Shown here one piece after another: positions 56,541 through 64,000 of a stretch of DNA of 64,000 nucleotides. Source of the stretch: Nitrosopumilaceae archaeon. GTDB taxonomy: Archaea > Thermoproteota > Nitrososphaeria > Nitrososphaerales > Nitrosopumilaceae. The notes beneath the pieces were generated by a model. The model searched no databases, had not been told where the DNA came from, and saw only the letters and a list, made by a program, of their open reading frames with translations. The stretch's first letter is position 1. The number at the start of each line of letters is the position of its first letter. The stretch is taken from positions 96,001-160,000 of the forward strand of contig CBDBMG010000002.1 of assembly GCA_965207375.1 (NCBI GenBank), in the 5' to 3' direction. Both the position numbers and the translations under genes were made by a program.

Positions 56541-56787
56541 CCCACAGTAATGCCAGTAAGGTTGCATCTTTTCCATTTAACTGGACCCACTTATACAGGC
56601 ACTGATATTTCTGTTCATTAAATTCATCTCTATTGTCTTCTTGTATCTGTTTAATTGTAGGTTCATCAAGTTTGAGGTAGTGAACTAGAGTCTTCCAGTC
56701 CTGGAGAAGAAGTGCCACATCCTGCAGTAATGGAAGAGTTATCATCAGAAACACATCATGGATGCCTTCCTTCTCCATTTTCATTGA
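56541..56787 (-). pseudogene. Death-domain exon, truncated by the MITE
   Basis: DWKTLVHYLKL...IKQI...EQKYQCLYKW...GKDATLLALL; TTGTAG acceptor just upstream. Confidence 0.65.
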
Positions 56788-57675
56788 CTACAAATAAAAA
56801 CATCCTAATGATAGACTTTGATCTCAAATCTAATTATAACATTTTAAAGAATAGATCATACACGTGTTCATTTATTTACATACAGGAGTGAGCTTACTGT
56901 CCTTTTGGTGTTCCGTATGACACACGTCACATTCAAGTTTACACCAGAAAAAAAGATTTTGTATGTTGGCGCTCCCTTTTACAGTGAAATGCTTGTGGTT
57001 TATGGAAATAAATCAGTGGCAATGACCACACGCATCATGATTTGCAATTGATTACTCCATTGCTCGGGCAACCCATTCTTCTGCACTAGAGTACACACAT
57101 TTACAACCCGGCTTATACATGCACAATTTTATGTACGGACATGTATAGTATGTGCACACAAACATGACACTTACAAACTGTACTACATAGATAATACAAA
57201 AGTCAATCATTGCAAAAATACTATGACTCGTAGTAAAACCTTGACTTCTATTATTATCCATTTGAATGCTTTATTAGAGTATATTCCACTGTGAAAAATG
57301 ATCAATAATATTATAAGCTGGTGTAATCAAAGCTTATTAAATACATTTAATACAGTTATACTAATAGAATAAGCCAGCTGTGAAGAAGATATCTTATAAC
57401 TGTATTAATAAGCTTTGATTACACCAGCTTATATTGATCATTTTTCAGTGTTCCTAACAGCAACTGTGACAGGGATCAGCCTATGCTGCAGCGCTCATAA
57501 ATTATAAATTTTGGTCTGAGTCAATTATGCTCCCAAACTGCTTTCAGGAATTTCCACCTTCCCTATTAACTCAACATTAATTATTAATTTTTAGTTTGTG
57601 AATGCTCTATTAGAGAGCATAGACTAGTATAGTATGATGACTGTTCTATTAAAGTATATTGGTAGTAGCTACCTA

Positions 57676-57867
57676 CCGTATAGGGGGTAAGTTTCGATGG
57701 GCGAAAGTTTCGCGGTTTCAAACACAACCGCGAAAGTTTCGCCGCTAAACAAAGATATTTAGCTACTCGGCTACTACAAATATATAAGCTCCTTTCTACT
57801 GGAACGCGAAGGTTTTACCGCGAATATACTTGGAAGGCCTCTACCGCGAAACTTACCCCCTATACGG
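57676..57867. mobile_element. Tc2/pogo-like MITE
   Basis: TA|CCGTATAGGGGGTAAGTTTCG TIR at both ends. Confidence 0.85.
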
Positions 57868-58260
57868 TATTTATGCTGCTTAAAATTATAATCGGTGGGT
57901 CCCTACTAACATATTGTATGAAGTATGTATTGAAAGTAAAACTCAAAAAGTATAAAGTATTAAGTCTTCCAACCCTTCAAATGATTGTTACTATACAATC
58001 TGTGGTTAAATGTACCATTTGAAATGTTAATACTTCATATCATAATCTGACAATGTACCGGAATATGTTGGCAACTTGTGCAATCCCTTCTTATACAGTA
58101 ATAATAGTGAAAAAGGATTGTTGGCTTTGTGACTTACTACATGTGTACCTTATCAAGTAAAACTAAGAGTGAATTGGTTTACATTCAAAGAAGGCTTCCA
58201 CAAAGTGATTGCTCTATTAGATTATATGTAAAATCACTTAACAAGTTGTATGCCTTCTAC

Positions 58261-59037
58261 TAGGTGAAATGCATGGCATTGTGGGGCGAGCCTGGTGCTA
58301 TGATAGACTCATGTATATACTTACCACTGATGACCTTCGCATGCTATAAGCACAATACATTGTACATTTTCAGTGTACAAGCAACAGTGCAGCTACATGA
58401 ACAGGTCAGAGGTACGTATCTAGAAATTTGTACCAATATGTCATGAAAGCTGGGATATAGCTAAACAGTAAAGCAATTACAGTTATACATGTGTGACAAG
58501 CCAAGTATATCAGTACAAACAATAATACATCACTTAAATAGTTACTTTTTTATAGCATTACAACAAACTGATTAATTCATCACAAAAGGTAAACAATAAG
58601 CACATGGTGGTAAAAATAGCTTTCAACAAAGTGTAGGGGAAGATTTATTTCTCAGTTATAACTGAATAACATCTAAGTCATCTAAATTGTATAGACGGCC
58701 AATTTTTTCAATATATCTGTCTAGCCATTGCAGTGCTATATACAGGCCTAAAATCAAATGAATACAAATACAAGAAAGTTTTATTCATACATTGTGGTTA
58801 ATAAGTTATGGTTAGCACTTGAATGGTATATACCCATGCTATGGTTAACACTTAATGGCACATGCTATGGTTAGCACTCCATGTGTTGGATGTAATGTTG
58901 GTTAGCACTCCATGTACTTGATGTAGTCTTGGTTAGTTTTTTTAGCCATATACGGTAAAGTATCAAGCAAACAAGCAAGAAGACAGATTTCACTGTTGAT
59001 CCCACATGGTGGGGCTAGCTAAGGCTTGCCCCAATTA
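58261..59037 (+). repeat. Dispersed ~0.8-kb repeat, copy 2
   Basis: Colinear with 12914-13733. Confidence 0.8.
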
Positions 59038-59872
59038 GAGTCATTGTGAAAAACTACTTGTAGATACGACGCATAGCTATATTACAATTAATCAACAATG
59101 CATATTTATATTAAAACATTACCCATCTTACAAACATTGATATACTTGTATAAGGTCCTTCATTAATTTATAATTTGACACTTTATCATCCAGCTACAGA
59201 GACAATTATAACAGACTTTAACAAACCATACATCATGACCTATAAGGCCTATCCCATAGCTAGGTTTCTCTATTTTAGAGAAAACCTTCCCAAAAAATAA
59301 TACCTTCACGAAGGATGGCTAATAACTAACAACTGTAACAATGTGCTAATTCTTTTTATAGTAGCACTTACAGCAATTAATTATGGGTTTTAATTTCTAT
59401 TTATCACTTGTACACATTCACTTTACAACAAGGTCAGTAACACATGAGGAAAGTATTTCAATGAAGCTGATGTTTTACTTACACCTCAGATCAAATGAAA
59501 CCACAGGATAACACATGATGATGCCTCTCCACCAGGGCAATATCATGGTATTTCCCAGGAAGTAAAGCTATACTTCTGCACAGAATAAATTGCGCTATAC
59601 TGATGATTTATGGGGCCTGTCCTCCAGACTGCTTTTATTAAGGTCTCTCTAGTTTTAGAGCAAACCTTCCCAAAAAATTAACTAGCCAGAAATGGCTAAT
59701 GGCTAACAACTGTAACGATGTACAAATTCCTTTTATGGTAGCACTTACAATAATCAATTGTGGGTAATTTCAACAATACATTTCCATTATATTTATCACT
59801 TGAGGTCATCAAGGTCCCTCTAGAAGGAACCTTCTCAAAAATTTTACAAAATATTGAAGCTAGCAAATTTTC

Positions 59873-60635
59873 GGGTAGGTATAAACAGTGGACCCGGGGA
59901 CCAAGGACCCGGGACCAGGGGACCCAAGGAGCCTTCTGTGTTTATAGATTTAATAACTCCATATTAACAAATAACTTCTATTTTCTATGTATTATGATCA
60001 AAGATAGCTACTACACCTACCTGCTGCTATGACAGTGCTCCCTAAACAATATGGCTGTAGTTGTTTTGCGGACTAATAGCTGTTAAGCTTTAACAATTCA
60101 CTAGGTCATTATGCAAAAGTGTGCCTGTGTACTTACAGTTTGTCCCATATAGTACATGAGCATGTGAGCATAAATGTATGTACATAAAAGCATTTCTAAA
60201 TTAATTAATGGACATATTACAGTCTGATTGCTTGATCCTATGCATTCATGTCAAAATCTATAGGCTTGATTATACCTTTGAGTAACAGTAGCTTGAGTTA
60301 TTTTACTATGATCCAGTGAACCTTACTGTACATGAATATCAGATGGTACATGAGTTAGTCACACAGTTACACTTGTAACTTCATTCATACGTAAGGTTCA
60401 CTATATAGTATACTGTAGCTATATAGGCATGAAAGTACAGTAGTAATGATTGTAACCACATACGTATAGTACTGTACTCCAAGAAAGCATGAATAGTTTA
60501 ACTTATAAAGACTGAGAAGCTGGATAATAATATAATAGGGAGGCATGCAGGCCTTGTTTTATTAAAACACAGAAGGCTCCTTGGGTCCCCTGGTCCCAGG
60601 TCCTTGGTCCCCGGGTCCACTGTTTATACGTACCC
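59873..60635. mobile_element. Mutator-like (MULE) non-autonomous element
   Basis: About 70-bp TIR starting GGGTA.GTATAAACAGTGGACCCGGGG; 9-bp TSD CAAATTTTC. Confidence 0.85.
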
Positions 60636-61121
60636 CAAATTTTCATTTTCTTACATTTTACTAATTTCTTTTATAGTAGTACTTACAATAATCAATTGTG
60701 GGTTTGAATTTCAACAATACATTTCCATTATTTATCACTTGTACACACAACAACAAAGTATTTCAATGATATATATGCCACTAATGCCTGTTGCAGTGTC
60801 GCGTACAGTATGTAATATACAAAATCGTGCACTCAAGCTTACTTCAAGTACTCAGGACTTTTATGGCTTCAAGTGTCCATCAGTACATGAAACCAATTGA
60901 GTAATGCAGTTTACTTGATAAAACCAGCAAGCAATTGTGATGTTACCTTTGAGCGGTACTGTAATAGGAATAACATTGAAATAAATTAATTCACACTGTG
61001 CTCATTGCTGTTACTAACAGCACTCTGTTAAACCAGTGTTTAACAGTATTTAGTGACATTAATGTCCTTATATTTTTCCTTATACATCTTTTGACCATAT
61101 ACTCTATATACATACCTAATT

Positions 61122-61903
61122 CAGGGGCGGAGGAAGCAATTCAGAATTGGTCAGGCAAAGATGTAAATTCCATTGGATTGTGCAAAGCACAATCAGCTTG
61201 CGTAGCATGCTCTTTCGGGGGTCTGAAGGCATGCCCCCCAGGAAAATTTGAAAAAATAAACAACAGGAGATGCAATCTGGTGGCATTTCAGCATCTAAAC
61301 AGCTAGCATAATTATAGTGGCAATTCTTACAAATTTATAGCTAATATACCTAGCTGTAGCTATATAGAGCTCTCAGTGGAAATCAGTAATTGCTACTGTG
61401 GCTTGTAACAACTGGGTGGGTGGAATTTTAGTGGCAGTAACGACTCTGGTGGGCTCAAGTGATCATGAGCAGTATATGAAGTGCACGTGGTGGAAACCAG
61501 GGTTGTGCAGGTTTGTTGAAGGCCCTGGATTGTTACCTGTTTGAATAACACGATTCGCTGTGTAATTCACCAGCAAATGGTTTGAGCCAGACAACGAAGA
61601 CTCGCAAGATCTGTGATCGCTCGTCCGTGATACAACATCATCTCCATTCCTAGAAGGATGGCCACCTCCTGGAGTAGTGGAAACAAACCTCAAGATGCTT
61701 AATTGACTATTTTTCAGTTATATAACAGTTACGTAACACTAAATTATAATTCCACGTGTGCGTTACTAACTTACTAGCTAACTGGTACTGTAACTAATAT
61801 CAATCCTTCATAGATTTAACAGTAATTACTTAAGCTAGCTATGCAAACCTAAAATATTGGTCCGGCAGTTGCCTGGTCTGCCGGACCTATTTCGGCACCC
61901 CTG
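61122..61903. mobile_element. CAGGGG-ended MITE (hAT5-like), inverted relative of 13962-14463
   Basis: CAGGGGCGGA / GGCACCCCTG termini; flanks TAATT and TAGTT. Confidence 0.6.
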
Positions 61904-62095
61904 TAGTTGTTAACAATGCCCCATCAAGTTTATCTGATGATCAAACCACTAGACAAAATCTGTAATTTCTCTTAATTGAGCTTAGATGCCTTTCCTATTT
62001 GAAAGCAGCCTTTGGATAGCTGTTATAGGATAAGCATGAACAACGTTATAATGCGATAAACTATAAAAAATAATCTACCAATAAAAATAATCTGT

Positions 62096-62610
62096 TTAAA
62101 CCAGGTGCGCGCCTGGTTTCTTAAATCACTTCTGTGCGGATGTGTGTGTGTCCGCCCCCGGGCTATTAAAAACTATTCACGTGAAATGAAGTCTATCAAA
62201 CAAGTCCTACTGCCTTTCAGTTTCTCTGTACGGCACTTGCTATCGATACTGTTGATGGGCGGGGCCTTAGTTACGAAGCTCGTCGTGTGTTACTGCCAAA
62301 GAAAAGCAAGGTAATGCTGTATTTGCAGTTCATTACACGATAAAAGTCCTTTAACCAGTTGTACATTACTAACAAAACGGAGCTCTTCAGTTTAAAAGTG
62401 GGCGTGCCGTGCGGGTTGCGAAGCTTATAAAAGAAGACTGGCCTATAGTGCTACAGTAAGAATTTCGGCATAAACAACTTTATACTACTTTCAAAAAGTT
62501 TTATCACTAAAGTACCGGAGTACAAAGCGGGTTTAAACAGAATAATTAAATTCGCATGCATTGCTATGTGTTCCTTACTCTGCTCACGTGACTTATCGGT
62601 GACATCATTA
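62096..62610 (-). repeat. Dispersed repeat, homolog of 24410-24950
   Basis: Reverse-complement similarity blocks. Confidence 0.65.
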
Positions 62611-64000
62611 AGAACGATTATAATACATTGAATAACAGTAAATTAACAGTGGTTTAACTTGCACACAGTGCCTGGTTATTAGATGGTAATATGTCAACTT
62701 GTTCTTGCAATATTCAATAGCACACAGGTATACATAGTATATACAGTACATATAGCTACATAATATGAATAACAAAAAATGTTTGGGATTTTTACAGTTC
62801 AATATACCATTTAACATGCTACACTTATAGAGCTTTGATCACTGGCATGTTGAGCTCACCAATTATTTTACCTCATTTCCTACAATACTACACCTATAGA
62901 TGTTTACAAGCTATCCTAAATTATAACATATTTTGGGAGAAATGTTGGCAACTGGAGCAATGAATAATTAAGTGTTAGCAGCAAGAAGTCGTAATAGCAT
63001 TACTCAAGAGACACTAATTGACAATTACAGCACTTTACATCAATACCCTGTGGTTGATGATTTCTCTGGTTTCACAAAATTCCATCACAACAGAGCATAG
63101 CTACAAAGTGTTGCTATGACTGGAATTTCACTATATTAATTATGTCAACAACTTAGTCAGCAAAATATAGCTACTAGTAGGTCAGGCCCGTATGCAGGGG
63201 GGTTCGGTAGGTTCGGAAGAACCGCCCTCCTGAAAAAAGGTCCACAATTTACACTCTAAAGGTTCACCATACTACAATACACATTTTATCTAAGTTACTT
63301 GCATAATATCAAATGAAATGAATTGAAATAGTAATCGGTGGTTTATTGTAAAAGAAAATCACATTTGATTGTGGGTTTATGTTTTTACACGTGATACTGA
63401 GTCTTTTGGTTTAGGTTTTGCGGCGTGGTTTTTAGGGCAGTTTTTAATTTTGTGAAATTTGTATTAAAGTGATGGGACGCGCGAAGGGAAATGCTCAGCT
63501 GCTTCCTGTAGCGACTAGATAAACTGTTGGTGAACTGAGCAAGAACGTTGATGTGGAACGAAGTTTACAAGATTTATAGCATCAAGTTGAAGAATCTGAA
63601 ACCTTGACTAGCTCTACTCCCACCAAGCCTTCAGGTAGTTGTAGTTATAGATTTTGTAGATATACCACGGCTAGTATAGTGAACAGTTGAGCTCAGTGAT
63701 AGGCATTTAATCCTGTAGACTAGCTACTGACAGTAATTGTAGATTAGATTATTATTGATTTTATGGGTTGCACAAAAGGACCAATGCCTGCACTAGGTGC
63801 TCCCCAGAAAACAAACATACAGACATAAAGTTAGTAAACCCGGTACACACACAACAACACTACAAACATTACTAATATGCATAGCTAATTATATAGCTAC
63901 TTGTGCATCCAGTAGGGCATTCATATTATCTTGGATTACAGGAGGTTGGATTCGACATTTATATCAGGGGCTAATTAGCTACATTCACTTTGTGACAATA

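Noticed and set aside
63183-63240. Left end of another CAGG-ended MITE
   Set aside because: The matching right end was not found in the window

Overview
AT-rich, intron-containing animal genomic DNA; a demosponge is my guess from the FReD and death-domain genes and the repeat style. Most of the window is transposable elements and decayed gene copies. Elements: a spliced KDZ (Kyakuja/Dileera/Zisupton) transposase fragment (1.4-3.2 kb), five divergent R4/Dong-like RLE retrotransposon copies each ending in a (TAG)n tract (21.9-32.7 kb; three stacked head-to-tail), two inverted TAG-derived 19-bp satellite arrays, an L2/CR1-type 3' end, a hAT transposase relic, a complete but degenerate Gypsy element nested in a hAT MITE, and a near-intact two-gene Kolobok transposon with TTAA target duplication. 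Host-type genes: a fibrinogen-domain gene with one in-frame stop, a CWC22 pseudogene (the Kolobok sits in its intron) head-to-head with an O-fucosyltransferase pseudogene, and a death-domain exon. Many MITEs are present, several with readable target-site duplications (TA, 4, 5, 8 and 9 bp). Copy-to-copy comparisons show recurrent TA>TACGTA and TA>TAGCTA 4-bp insertions that look like excision footprints. No rRNA, tRNA gene or CRISPR array was seen. All family calls are from motif recognition by eye; no searches were run.
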